A stretch of DNA of 64,000 nt, from the IMG/VR virus record IMGVR_UViG_3300028534_000001, positions 4,338 through 68,337 of that record; one strand, 5' to 3'. The notes beneath the pieces are model-generated. The model ran no database searches and was not told the DNA's origin. It worked only from the letters and a program-made list of their open reading frames with translations. This DNA is from a virus (Duplodnaviria > Heunggongvirae > Uroviricota > Caudoviricetes). Positions 46,303 through 55,973 of this stretch are shown one piece after another (the stretch's first letter is position 1; the number at the start of each line of letters is the position of its first letter). Both the position numbers and the translations under genes were made by a program.

Positions 46303-46965
46303 TTAAAGGACTGTTTTTGATAATGGTTTTGTATATTTATAAATTTTATCTATTATTTTTTTATTAGTTTTTACATTATATGTTTCAAATTGTTTTACAG
46401 GCATTTTATTCATACCTATATAAGTTTCATCATTTACATATTTTGCTATTTTTTTAGTAGCTAAAAATTCTACTAATTTATACATATGTTTATTCATTTC
46501 TTTATGTAAATTTTTATTTCTAATTTTAGGTCTTTTAGTTAAAGCTTCTCCTAACCATTTTTTAGTTTTTTTATTTATAACAACAGCATTAACTGTATTA
46601 AGAGCATAAGCTAAAAAATATTTAAATGAAGGGTCAGAAGAAAAAACTTTTACTGGAGTTCCTTCATACATAGAATCAAATCTATTTTTATAAGATTTTT
46701 TATATGGAATTTGAACTATTTGCATATATTGAGGTCTAGTTGTTTTTTGAGTTTTTTTATCAAAATGTTTTAAACCATCAACTATAAAATATAAATTACA
46801 CATAGCTCTTATTTTATTTCCATCTGAAACTAATTCTTTAGACCATCCTAAATATTTTATTTTACCTACATCTTTTTTTCTTTTATTTATAGGTCTTTTA
46901 AACATAGTATTTTTAGTATTATTTTTAAGAGTTCTTATATCTAATTCTGAAGGAATATATTTCAT
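46303..46965 (-). CDS. hypothetical basic protein
   Basis: 220-aa ORF; VKVFSSDPSFKY...KH motif. Confidence 0.55.
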   Translation of the reverse strand: MKYIPSELDIRTLKNNTKNTMFKRPINKRKKDVGKIKYLGWSKELVSDGNKIRAMCNLYFIVDGLKHFDKKTQKTTRPQYMQIVQIPYKKSYKNRFDSMYEGTPVKVFSSDPSFKYFLAYALNTVNAVVINKKTKKWLGEALTKRPKIRNKNLHKEMNKHMYKLVEFLATKKIAKYVNDETYIGMNKMPVKQFETYNVKTNKKIIDKIYKYTKPLSKTVL

Positions 46966-47192
46966 AATACACCTTCTTTATTTTTATATTTATAAAATTT
47001 TTTAATAATATCAAAATCTTCTTCTAAATCTATTATAGTATTTTTCCCTATTAAAATTCCAATTTTAGTATTGTCAAAATCATAAATAATATTTGCATTT
47101 TGCATTTTTCTTTTTTTTATAAATTCTAATATATCTTTTTCATCAGAATTTTGAAAAAATTCATATTCTTTTTGAGTTACAGATGATTTCAT
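46962..47192 (-). CDS. hypothetical protein
   Basis: 76-aa ORF. Confidence 0.5.
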   Translation of the reverse strand: MKSSVTQKEYEFFQNSDEKDILEFIKKRKMQNANIIYDFDNTKIGILIGKNTIIDLEEDFDIIKKFYKYKNKEGVL

Positions 47193-47203
47193 TTAAAACC
47201 TTT

Positions 47204-47722
47204 TTAAACCATAAATGCGTGTTTAACCCTTGTTAAATTAACATCACTTTCTTTTTTTAAATTTAATCCAAATAATTTATTCATTTTAACTATAATGTCA
47301 ATTAAAATTTTTTTAGGAACAGATTCTAATGCTCTTATTCTTAAAGTTTTATTATTTCTTTTAGGGTTAAAAAATACTCTTAAATATCCTTTAAAAACAA
47401 TTCCTATTATATCTTTACCAACCATTTTTGTAGATTTTTTTGTTCTTAAAATATTTTTAATTTCGTCAAGTTTTTCTAATTTTAATAATTTATCTTTTTC
47501 ATCTAAATATTTTAAAAATTTTTTTACAAATCTAAAAACACTATATACATTTTTTAACATAACTTTAAATTTATCATTAAATTTTAACCAACCTTTATGA
47601 ATAAAAAATAATATATCACCTTTTTTTAATTTAATTTTTAAACTATTTTGATAAGTTTCAATATTAGTAAAACCAACTTTTAATAAAAATTTTTCAAGAG
47701 CAATTATATAAGTATTTTTCAT
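47204..47722 (-). CDS. hypothetical highly basic protein
   Basis: 172-aa ORF; AAGGAG RBS; promoter-like TTTGCT-N17-TATAAT at 47751-47779. Confidence 0.55.
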   Translation of the reverse strand: MKNTYIIALEKFLLKVGFTNIETYQNSLKIKLKKGDILFFIHKGWLKFNDKFKVMLKNVYSVFRFVKKFLKYLDEKDKLLKLEKLDEIKNILRTKKSTKMVGKDIIGIVFKGYLRVFFNPKRNNKTLRIRALESVPKKILIDIIVKMNKLFGLNLKKESDVNLTRVKHAFMV

Positions 47723-47783
47723 AATTGAACTCCTTAATATATTTTTTATAATTATACTAAAAAATTTTTAAAAAGCAAACTTT

Positions 47784-48512
47784 TTATGAAATTTTTATAT
47801 AATCTATTTTCCAATGATATTTTATAGCATAATTTAATAAAGAATTATTTGAAGTATTTAAACCATTATTATATATTTTTATAATAATTTTGTCTTTTTT
47901 ATATATTAAATTATTTATACCATATGTAAGTTCCATATATGCATTACCTACTAATTCAGTAAAATATGAAGAATTTACATCATCTAAAATTTCAACATAT
48001 ATAGTATTTTTATCTATTTCTTTCCATTTATCAATACTATATTTTTCTATACTTTTAATATTTTTACTATATGTAGCTGATTGACTTAAATTATTTATTT
48101 TATCATTTAAAATTTGAACATTTTCATCAATTTTTTTATCTAAAATATCATATTTAGCTTGAATCGAATTTACTTTTGATGCTATATCATTATCTATAGT
48201 ATCAATTTTTGTATTTATTTCATCGACTAATTTTTTATAATTTTGATAATCCTTAGCATCTATTTGGATTTGATTTATATTATTTTTTAAAGATTCAAAT
48301 TGATTTTGTATATCTTTAATTTTTAATTGTAAATTACTTAAACTAGAATTTAAAATATCTAAATCAGTTTTATTAACTTTGTTTAAATCAACTAATTCTT
48401 GTCCATATATATCTTCTAATTTATTATTTTTAGAGTCATATTTAACTAATTCACTTACATCTAAGTGATCATCAGAATCTCTATTATACAAATAATCAAC
48501 TCTTAATGGCAT
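47784..48512 (-). CDS. coiled-coil fibre-associated protein
   Basis: LRVDYL N-terminus, central heptad repeats. Confidence 0.55.
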   Translation of the reverse strand: MPLRVDYLYNRDSDDHLDVSELVKYDSKNNKLEDIYGQELVDLNKVNKTDLDILNSSLSNLQLKIKDIQNQFESLKNNINQIQIDAKDYQNYKKLVDEINTKIDTIDNDIASKVNSIQAKYDILDKKIDENVQILNDKINNLSQSATYSKNIKSIEKYSIDKWKEIDKNTIYVEILDDVNSSYFTELVGNAYMELTYGINNLIYKKDKIIIKIYNNGLNTSNNSLLNYAIKYHWKIDYIKIS

Positions 48513-48521
48513 AATTTTCCT

Positions 48522-49187
48522 TTATTTTCTAAATTTAACATAATGAAGAATAGCATTTTTAAAATCTTCTACATTAGAATTTTTAGATATTAAAACAATT
48601 TTATCTTCATTTTTTATATAAGTATGTAATTCAAAAGGTTTATCATTTTCTAAACTAAATTTAAAAATATAATCATAAGAAGGATATTTATTTAAAATTT
48701 CTATTATAACATCTTTATCATATTGAATCCACCCAGTTGATTTTCCTATTTCAATTTCAAGTAAATTTGTATTAAAATATTTATTAACATTACTTAAATT
48801 AGCATTAAGATAATCAATACTTTTATTTAATTTATTTTGTAATATTGAAGGGTAGTCAGGATATTTTTTTAAAGTTTCTTCATAATTTCTATTTTTTAAA
48901 ATATCATAATTTATTTTTAATTGAGAATAATCTAACATATAATTTTTAAACATGTTGTATATATCTAATTTTTTTTGAAAAATATTATATTCATTTAATT
49001 CTTTTTTTAAATTATCTGAATTTTCAAAAGTTTCATATATTTTATAATTAAAATTAGAAAAATCGGGTAGATTAAGAATATCAAACTTTTTATATAAAGT
49101 TTGTATTTTATCTTTTTTAAAAACTAAATTTTCTATAGGTATTTTAAAATTACCTCCACAAGTTTCTATATAATCTACCCTAATCAT
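48522..49187 (-). CDS. fibre-associated protein
   Basis: IRVDYIETC N-terminus, STGW motif. Confidence 0.5.
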   Translation of the reverse strand: MIRVDYIETCGGNFKIPIENLVFKKDKIQTLYKKFDILNLPDFSNFNYKIYETFENSDNLKKELNEYNIFQKKLDIYNMFKNYMLDYSQLKINYDILKNRNYEETLKKYPDYPSILQNKLNKSIDYLNANLSNVNKYFNTNLLEIEIGKSTGWIQYDKDVIIEILNKYPSYDYIFKFSLENDKPFELHTYIKNEDKIVLISKNSNVEDFKNAILHYVKFRK

Positions 49188-49190
49188 ATT

Positions 49191-49643
49191 TTATCCTTCT
49201 TCTTTAAAAAAATCTATATAATTTTCATCTGTTATTTTATCTAATAATTCATACATTTTATCATATATATTTTCTATTTCAGTTTGAATTTCTTTAGCTT
49301 CTTTATTCCATTTTGAATTTGGATTAGAAGCATATAAAGCTACTTCACCTTTATCATCATAATCTTTATCTTCTAGAATTTTTTTAATTTTTGATTCAAA
49401 TTCGTCTCTTATTTCTCTTTTTAATACAGGTATATTTTCTTTTCTTGTCTTTTCTTCATCTATTACTATATTATTATTTTCGTCTAATTTATAAAAAGTT
49501 TCTCTAACAGGAAGAATAGGTAATTCTTCTGTTACTCTTATATATCTTTTAGGATTATTTTGTTGTAAAATAAAAAATTCTTCGTGGTCTGTTGGTATAT
49601 TTAATTGTTTTAATTTTTTATCTTCTGTTATGAAAAAAACCAT
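49191..49643 (-). CDS. tail-fibre assembly/chaperone-like protein
   Basis: YD....YA......W.KEA pattern; follows a LamG gene; paralog of 52987-53391. Confidence 0.5.
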   Translation of the reverse strand: MVFFITEDKKLKQLNIPTDHEEFFILQQNNPKRYIRVTEELPILPVRETFYKLDENNNIVIDEEKTRKENIPVLKREIRDEFESKIKKILEDKDYDDKGEVALYASNPNSKWNKEAKEIQTEIENIYDKMYELLDKITDENYIDFFKEEG

Positions 49644-49654
49644 TATTTTTCCTT

Positions 49655-51847
49655 TTATATTTTTGATTTTAAGAAATTATGAATAGTATTAGCTTCTTCA
49701 TCTGTTATTTCTTTATTTAAAATTTTATATTCTTTATAAGCACCTTTTGTAAATAATTCACCTTTGTGATTACTATTATCAAATCTAGCAGCAATTCCTA
49801 TATAATTTAAATCGTGAGTACTTGTTCCTTGATTATTATCTATTTTTTTGACTCCATCAATATAAACTTTAGTATGACCATTTTTAGCATTATAACTTAA
49901 AATTAAAGTATGCCATCCAGATGTTATATCATAATTAGTATCTCTCCAAGACCAATTATCACCAGTAGCATAATTTATTCTTCTATTTAAAACTCTAAAT
50001 TCTAATGTATTTGTTCCTAAATTTGTTATATTTTGTTCAGATGTATTAGTTAAATCACTTCTAAATAAAAATGCTACTGTTGCTGATTTAATTCCTGAAA
50101 AGGTTTTATCAATTCTAATAGCATTTGAACCATCAAATAAAGCATAACCATTTGAAAAATCAATAGGTTTATTATATTCTGTTATAGGAGCACCATAAAC
50201 ATCAATCGAACTACTATTAAGTGGGAGATATACAATTTCACTACCATCTTTTAATATATCTACATTATCAAAAGAATTATTATAAAGATATTTAATTTCT
50301 TTTTCTGATAATTCTCTATTAAAAATATAAGTTGTATCAATAAGTCCGTGGTGACTTTGGTTATTTTCTTCCCATCTACCTATACTAAAATATGGATAAT
50401 CATTTATATCATCAAATTTAACATTTGAAGAATTTAAAACATTATTTCCATTTAAGTAATAATTAAATGTTCCATTTTTATAAGTAAATGTTAACATATA
50501 CCATCTATTACTTTCTAAAATTGTTTCAGAAATTTTTTTATAACCAGTATTATTATTTTTCCACCATACTGCTATTTTATTTCCATTAGAATTATATGTC
50601 CCAACTTGTAAACCATCTAATCTAAATATTGTGTCCCAATTATTTTGTGTTTTAGAAAAATCAAAATTAACCCACATTGAAACTGTAAATTCATCTAATC
50701 TTTTTATAGGTGTTTTTACATAATTAGTTCCATCATAAAATGATGCATTACTAAATAAACCTTGTCTATAATAACCTTTTCCTACCCATTCAGCATTATT
50801 TTGTTTAGCACTACTATCTAAAGTATTATTTTCAAAAGTATAATAAGCTAAAACAGAAAAATCTTGAAAAGGGTCTTTTTTATTCATACCATCAAAAGTG
50901 TTAAATCTTTCATATTGAACTTTAGCTATTTCTGTATCAGTTAAAGCTCTATTCCATAAACTTAAATTATCTATATTAGCATTTATATAATAATTTGAAC
51001 CACCTCCATCACTTAAAGTGTAAAAATTACCTATAGTAAATTTTGATGGAGTACCAATAAGACATTCAACATAAACAAAATTTTCATCATTTAATTTAAT
51101 TGTATCTTTATTTTTATATTCTATACCATTTATTATAACTTTTACGTTATTTATCATAGCTACATTATTTTTGTCAATAGCAAAAGCTGCTCTTAAACCA
51201 CTATCTCTAAAATCTACAAAATAATTTCTTTTTCCATTAAATTTATAATTTTTAAAATAAAAAGTTACAGCTTTTGCTGGATAAGGACTATAAATACCTT
51301 GATAAGGTTTCTCTGGTCTTATAGCATATCCTGAAAAATATCCATTATCTTCATAAATATTAGAAAAATTTACTGTATAATTAGGATTATCAGTAGAATT
51401 ATATAATGGTGTATAAGTTTTTGAACTATTTAAAACATATGGTGGGTAATATCTATCTTTTTTAATATTAAGTTTTTTTACACCTTCATAATCATATAAA
51501 CTTTTTTCAAAAGGATAAAAACCAGTTCTACTTCTGTCTCCAAATAAATCATAAATAATTTTTAATTCTTTTTGTGTATTTTTTACAGTACAAGGTATAA
51601 GTATTTTTTCATTTTTTATATAATTAAAAACTTCATTTATTAAATCATCAAAAGATTTACCTTGTAATTTTTTACTATTTTTAGAATGCTTAATTTTATA
51701 ATTTTTAATATAATTATATATTTTTTGTTTAAAATAACCTTCTTTATATTTTACACTATCTAATTGAACTTCATTTTTTGATATTATATAATCATCTAAT
51801 AATTCTCTAGATGATATATCAAATGCTTCTAAAATATTTCCATCCAT
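49655..51847 (-). CDS. LamG/ConA-like multi-domain receptor-binding protein
   Basis: Three LamG modules, each starting D.(F/L).D.S and ending N(R/K).L...E. Confidence 0.8.
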   Translation of the reverse strand: MDGNILEAFDISSRELLDDYIISKNEVQLDSVKYKEGYFKQKIYNYIKNYKIKHSKNSKKLQGKSFDDLINEVFNYIKNEKILIPCTVKNTQKELKIIYDLFGDRSRTGFYPFEKSLYDYEGVKKLNIKKDRYYPPYVLNSSKTYTPLYNSTDNPNYTVNFSNIYEDNGYFSGYAIRPEKPYQGIYSPYPAKAVTFYFKNYKFNGKRNYFVDFRDSGLRAAFAIDKNNVAMINNVKVIINGIEYKNKDTIKLNDENFVYVECLIGTPSKFTIGNFYTLSDGGGSNYYINANIDNLSLWNRALTDTEIAKVQYERFNTFDGMNKKDPFQDFSVLAYYTFENNTLDSSAKQNNAEWVGKGYYRQGLFSNASFYDGTNYVKTPIKRLDEFTVSMWVNFDFSKTQNNWDTIFRLDGLQVGTYNSNGNKIAVWWKNNNTGYKKISETILESNRWYMLTFTYKNGTFNYYLNGNNVLNSSNVKFDDINDYPYFSIGRWEENNQSHHGLIDTTYIFNRELSEKEIKYLYNNSFDNVDILKDGSEIVYLPLNSSSIDVYGAPITEYNKPIDFSNGYALFDGSNAIRIDKTFSGIKSATVAFLFRSDLTNTSEQNITNLGTNTLEFRVLNRRINYATGDNWSWRDTNYDITSGWHTLILSYNAKNGHTKVYIDGVKKIDNNQGTSTHDLNYIGIAARFDNSNHKGELFTKGAYKEYKILNKEITDEEANTIHNFLKSKI

Positions 51848-51856
51848 TTTGAACCT

Positions 51857-52117
51857 TTATTTATTTGGACAAAGCCCATCACTTTTAATTTTTTCTAAAA
51901 CAAATTTTTTTAAACTATCTAAATCATACCCTGATAATTTTTGAGTTTCATAAGATGTTTCAAAAGTAATTTCTTTAGAGACTTCATCTATAAAATTATT
52001 TAATAAAGTTTGATTTTCAGGTGATGCAATTACTACAACTTTTTCAGTTTTATAATCAAATTTTTCTAAAAGGTCTTGAGCTTCTTTTACTCTTTCTTCT
52101 ATTTGTGAATTATACAT
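51857..52117 (-). CDS. hypothetical protein
   Basis: 86-aa ORF; LSGYDLDSLKK resembles linker in 49655 and 52131 genes. Confidence 0.5.
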   Translation of the reverse strand: MYNSQIEERVKEAQDLLEKFDYKTEKVVVIASPENQTLLNNFIDEVSKEITFETSYETQKLSGYDLDSLKKFVLEKIKSDGLCPNK

Positions 52118-52130
52118 TTTTAAAACCTTT

Positions 52131-52994
52131 TTAATTTTCTTTAGCTAAAAATAACATTTCTTTTTCTGTTAGAGGTCTATTAAAAAATCTCATATTTTTA
52201 AACATACCTACAGGACAATCATTGTCTCCTCCTGTATTACCTCCAAGACCTATTAAATATGGATATGAAACTGGACTATGAACTGTTTTTGTATATCCAT
52301 CAAAAATTTTTTTACCTAAGTCATCATAAGCATATAATTTAGTGTTTCCATTTTTATCAAAATTAACTATATATGTTATAAATTTAGAATTACCTACATT
52401 TGTATTTGATGGTGAAAAAATGTGAGAGTTATTAGAATAATATATATAATTTTCACCACTTCTTCCACTTAAACTAAAAAGACCATATCTATTATCACAC
52501 CCACCCCAATCTTGAATTTTCCATTGAATACTTAAAGTTATATTTCTAAGTTTATAATAAGATTGATTTTTAAAAAGCATTCTATGACATCTTGTCAAAC
52601 TTTTCATATAAGAACCAGTAAATGAAATTTGATTTTTAGTAGAATATAATTCAGGTCCTGCTCCTAAACTATAACCGTTTGTTTTTAATGGGTAATATTC
52701 AGTACAGCTATCATCTCCAAAAATATCCAATACTCCATATTCCATAATTTCATAATTTTTAGCTATATTTATCAATTCTTTTTTTACTTCTTCATATGAT
52801 AATCCATTTAAAGAATCAGAATTTAAAACATTTTCTACATAATATAAAGTTAAATGTGTATCAATAACTTTATTTAAATTATCATTTCCTATTAAAATAT
52901 TTTTATTATCTACAGTTTCTATAACATTATAATTTTTATATAAAGTTTTTGCTTTTATATTAAAATCTAAAAGATTATTTAAAAACTCATTCAT
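52131..52994 (-). CDS. single LamG-domain protein
   Basis: DIFGDDS...YYPL...FFNRPLTEKE. Confidence 0.7.
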   Translation of the reverse strand: MNEFLNNLLDFNIKAKTLYKNYNVIETVDNKNILIGNDNLNKVIDTHLTLYYVENVLNSDSLNGLSYEEVKKELINIAKNYEIMEYGVLDIFGDDSCTEYYPLKTNGYSLGAGPELYSTKNQISFTGSYMKSLTRCHRMLFKNQSYYKLRNITLSIQWKIQDWGGCDNRYGLFSLSGRSGENYIYYSNNSHIFSPSNTNVGNSKFITYIVNFDKNGNTKLYAYDDLGKKIFDGYTKTVHSPVSYPYLIGLGGNTGGDNDCPVGMFKNMRFFNRPLTEKEMLFLAKEN

Positions 52995-53391
52995 ATTTTT
53001 CCTTATTAAATTTAGGTAATATCTCTATTAAATCTTTTTTATATTTATTTAATTCATATACAGTATAAACTTCTTCTATCCATTTTTTCAAAGAATGAGC
53101 TTCTTTTTTATATATATCAAAATCTAAACAAATAATTAAATCAGATAAATTATCATAATCAAAATAATTTAAAACATCTTTTATATATTTAGAAACTAAT
53201 TTAGAATTTTCTTTTTTTATAAATTCTTTTTCTGAATTTCTTATTTTTATAAATTTATTATTTTCAATTTTATAATCATGAATATTATCTGGTATAATAT
53301 TAAATTTATATTTAATAGAGTCAGGAAAATAGAGAATATCTTTTTCAGAAAATCCTAAGATATCTCCATTTTTATTTGTATATACATACAT
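52987..53391 (-). CDS. tail-fibre assembly/chaperone-like protein
   Basis: YDNL......Y.KEA..L..W...VY. Confidence 0.5.
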   Translation of the reverse strand: MYVYTNKNGDILGFSEKDILYFPDSIKYKFNIIPDNIHDYKIENNKFIKIRNSEKEFIKKENSKLVSKYIKDVLNYFDYDNLSDLIICLDFDIYKKEAHSLKKWIEEVYTVYELNKYKKDLIEILPKFNKEKYE

Positions 53392-53401
53392 ATAAATCTC
53401 C

Positions 53402-54880
53402 TTAAAATTTCCACCCTACTATTTTTACCATAATATTATTTTGAACTGGAGTAGAATATGTAACTCCATCAGATATACCTGCAACAGAACCTGAATTGTC
53501 ATTATTTTTAGTATTAACACTTATTATTAGTTTATCAGGTTGTATAACTAAAAACATTCCTGTATCTTCATTATCCCTAGCATCATCATCAGTATAAGAT
53601 GATATTGTTCCAAATTGCATAATATCACCATTATTAAATTTCATATAACCAACAAAAAAAGCTCTAACACCTAAAGGATTTTTTATAGAAACACCTTTTT
53701 GATCTACTGAAAACCACCCTGATTCAAAATCTGGAGATTTAGCTTCTTGTTTTAAATTTTTAGCTCTTTTAACTAATAAATAATCTGAATATTTATAATT
53801 CGCATCATTATCATTATACCATTTTATATCACCATTTTCATCATATTGTATAGATAAATAAGCATAAGGTGTATAATCTCCATTAGGCTCAGTAACATTA
53901 GTTAAATCACTAGCCCACCAAGTAGGACAACCATCTTGGATTTTCCATCCATATTTGCCCATTCCATCAGAATTTAAAGGAATATTTATAGTATTTTTAG
54001 TAGGTTGTGAATTATAAATACCTAAAGGTCCCATTTTACCAATTTTACCTAAAGATTTTAAATAACTTTTTGCTTGTTCAAATTCATCTTTAGAATGAGG
54101 ACAAAATAATTCCCATCCTTCTTTTATTAAATTTTCGTCTATAGTATCCCAAGCATAATTTATTGTTTTTCCATTTTCTACTAATTTAAAAGCTAATATT
54201 TTTCCACATCCATTTTTATCAAAATCAGATTCACTTGAAACTTTCATTATAAGATTACCATTAGAATCTCTAATTTCTCCATTATTATAATACATTCCTA
54301 TAGTATCTTTTATACCTGTTTCTGAAAGATTATTAGCATTTTCAGATAATCTTTGTAACGCAGTAGTATCTAAATCAAATAATCCACTTTTAATAGTTTG
54401 GTCTTCTATATTATTTATTCTATCAGTTATAGCAACAAATAAATCATTAAATTGATTATATACATCTTCGTTTTTTGATAATTTTTCAGATAAAACATTT
54501 AATTGTTCTTTTGCTTGAGCTGTAAATTTATCAAAAGTTATTTTATCTAATTTTTTTGCATCTATTGATGTAGCTTCTTTTATAGCTTTATCTGTATTTT
54601 CTTTTTGATCAATAATTTCTTTTTCTAAATTATTTATAAGATTTCTTATATTTTGTAATTCTTTTTCTAAACCTTCAAATTCATTAACATTAGTTTTAGA
54701 TTTTAAAAGAGAATTTATATCATTTAAAGTTTTTGAAATTTTACTAAAATCATCTGATAAATCTAAAATAACATCTCCATTTACTTTTTGGATTTTATTA
54801 TCTTTAAATGTTAAAAGACTAGATATTTCAGCTGTATATTTTTCATCACATGTTTCTATATAACAAGTTTTAATGCTCAT
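53402..54880 (-). CDS. fibre protein: coiled coil + lectin-like domain + C-terminal head
   Basis: IKTCYIETC start; EPNGDY...WYNDN shared with 41054-43366; PDFESGWF C-terminal module. Confidence 0.65.
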   Translation of the reverse strand: MSIKTCYIETCDEKYTAEISSLLTFKDNKIQKVNGDVILDLSDDFSKISKTLNDINSLLKSKTNVNEFEGLEKELQNIRNLINNLEKEIIDQKENTDKAIKEATSIDAKKLDKITFDKFTAQAKEQLNVLSEKLSKNEDVYNQFNDLFVAITDRINNIEDQTIKSGLFDLDTTALQRLSENANNLSETGIKDTIGMYYNNGEIRDSNGNLIMKVSSESDFDKNGCGKILAFKLVENGKTINYAWDTIDENLIKEGWELFCPHSKDEFEQAKSYLKSLGKIGKMGPLGIYNSQPTKNTINIPLNSDGMGKYGWKIQDGCPTWWASDLTNVTEPNGDYTPYAYLSIQYDENGDIKWYNDNDANYKYSDYLLVKRAKNLKQEAKSPDFESGWFSVDQKGVSIKNPLGVRAFFVGYMKFNNGDIMQFGTISSYTDDDARDNEDTGMFLVIQPDKLIISVNTKNNDNSGSVAGISDGVTYSTPVQNNIMVKIVGWKF

Positions 54881-54882
54881 AA

Positions 54883-55158
54883 TTATATTCCTATTTTGAT
54901 TTTATAATCTTTAATTTTTTGGTTTATGTAAGTATTTTTTTCTGTTAAAAAGCTATATTTATTTTCTAAAAATAAAATTTTTTCTTGAAGAGTTTTTAAA
55001 CTCTTCAAGTTTTCGTCTATTGAATCAATTTCATTTTTAGTTATATTTAGATAAATAATTTTATTATATATATTATTAAAATATTCTTTTAAAATATTTT
55101 CTTCTATAAAATTTATTCTTTTATCTAAATCTTGAAAAGATTCAAAAATAGTTTTCAT
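54883..55158 (-). CDS. hypothetical coiled-coil protein
   Basis: 91-aa ORF. Confidence 0.5.
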   Translation of the reverse strand: MKTIFESFQDLDKRINFIEENILKEYFNNIYNKIIYLNITKNEIDSIDENLKSLKTLQEKILFLENKYSFLTEKNTYINQKIKDYKIKIGI

Positions 55159-55167
55159 AAATAATCC

Positions 55168-55938
55168 TTAAAAAGCAGTTACTATCACAGATACTAATTT
55201 ACTATCTTTATAAACAGTTTCAGTTTTTAATAATTGATCTCCACTCATCATAGGCATAGATGAATTAGAATTATTAGATGAATTAGAATTTCCCATAGGC
55301 ATACTACTCATTGAATTATTATTAGAATCTCCCATAGGTATACTACTCATTGAACTATTATTAGAATTTCCTATAGGCATATTATTTGATGAATTATTAT
55401 TTGTGTTTTCTGCCATTTTATTTCCTTCTGTTTGGTTATTGTTTAAATTATTTAATTGAGATGAATTATTTTCATCTGTATTAGAATTTGTATCTTGAGT
55501 ATTTAATGTGTTATTTTTATTTAAATTATCAGAATTATCTGATGTATTATTTTGATTTGAATTATCTATATTAGATGTATCTTGTGTATCAGTATTATTA
55601 GGTATAGAATTATTTTGATTTGAATTATCTATATTAGATATATTTTGAGAATTAGGTATAGAATTATTAGAATTATTTTCAGTATTATTAACATTTTGAT
55701 TTTGGTCTTCTTCTACATTTACTATTTTGTCTTCTGTATTAAGAATTCTATCACTTTCTTCACCTATATCATCACTTTCATTATTAGTTTGATCAACATA
55801 TGGGTCATCACTTTTAGCAATATCATCAGTTAGATTATTTGCATTTTCATTAGTATTATTTTCTCCATTTTGTGTTATATTATTAGCAGTTGAATTATCA
55901 TTACTAACAATATTTTCAGTTACATTATTTAAAGCCAT
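55168..55938 (-). CDS. Asn-rich low-complexity protein with MP(M/I)G repeats
   Basis: SNIDNSNQNN twice; SMPMG-like motif four times. Confidence 0.6.
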   Translation of the reverse strand: MALNNVTENIVSNDNSTANNITQNGENNTNENANNLTDDIAKSDDPYVDQTNNESDDIGEESDRILNTEDKIVNVEEDQNQNVNNTENNSNNSIPNSQNISNIDNSNQNNSIPNNTDTQDTSNIDNSNQNNTSDNSDNLNKNNTLNTQDTNSNTDENNSSQLNNLNNNQTEGNKMAENTNNNSSNNMPIGNSNNSSMSSIPMGDSNNNSMSSMPMGNSNSSNNSNSSMPMMSGDQLLKTETVYKDSKLVSVIVTAF

Positions 55939-55973
55939 ATATTATCCTTGTATAGAAATCCCTATAGGAATTT

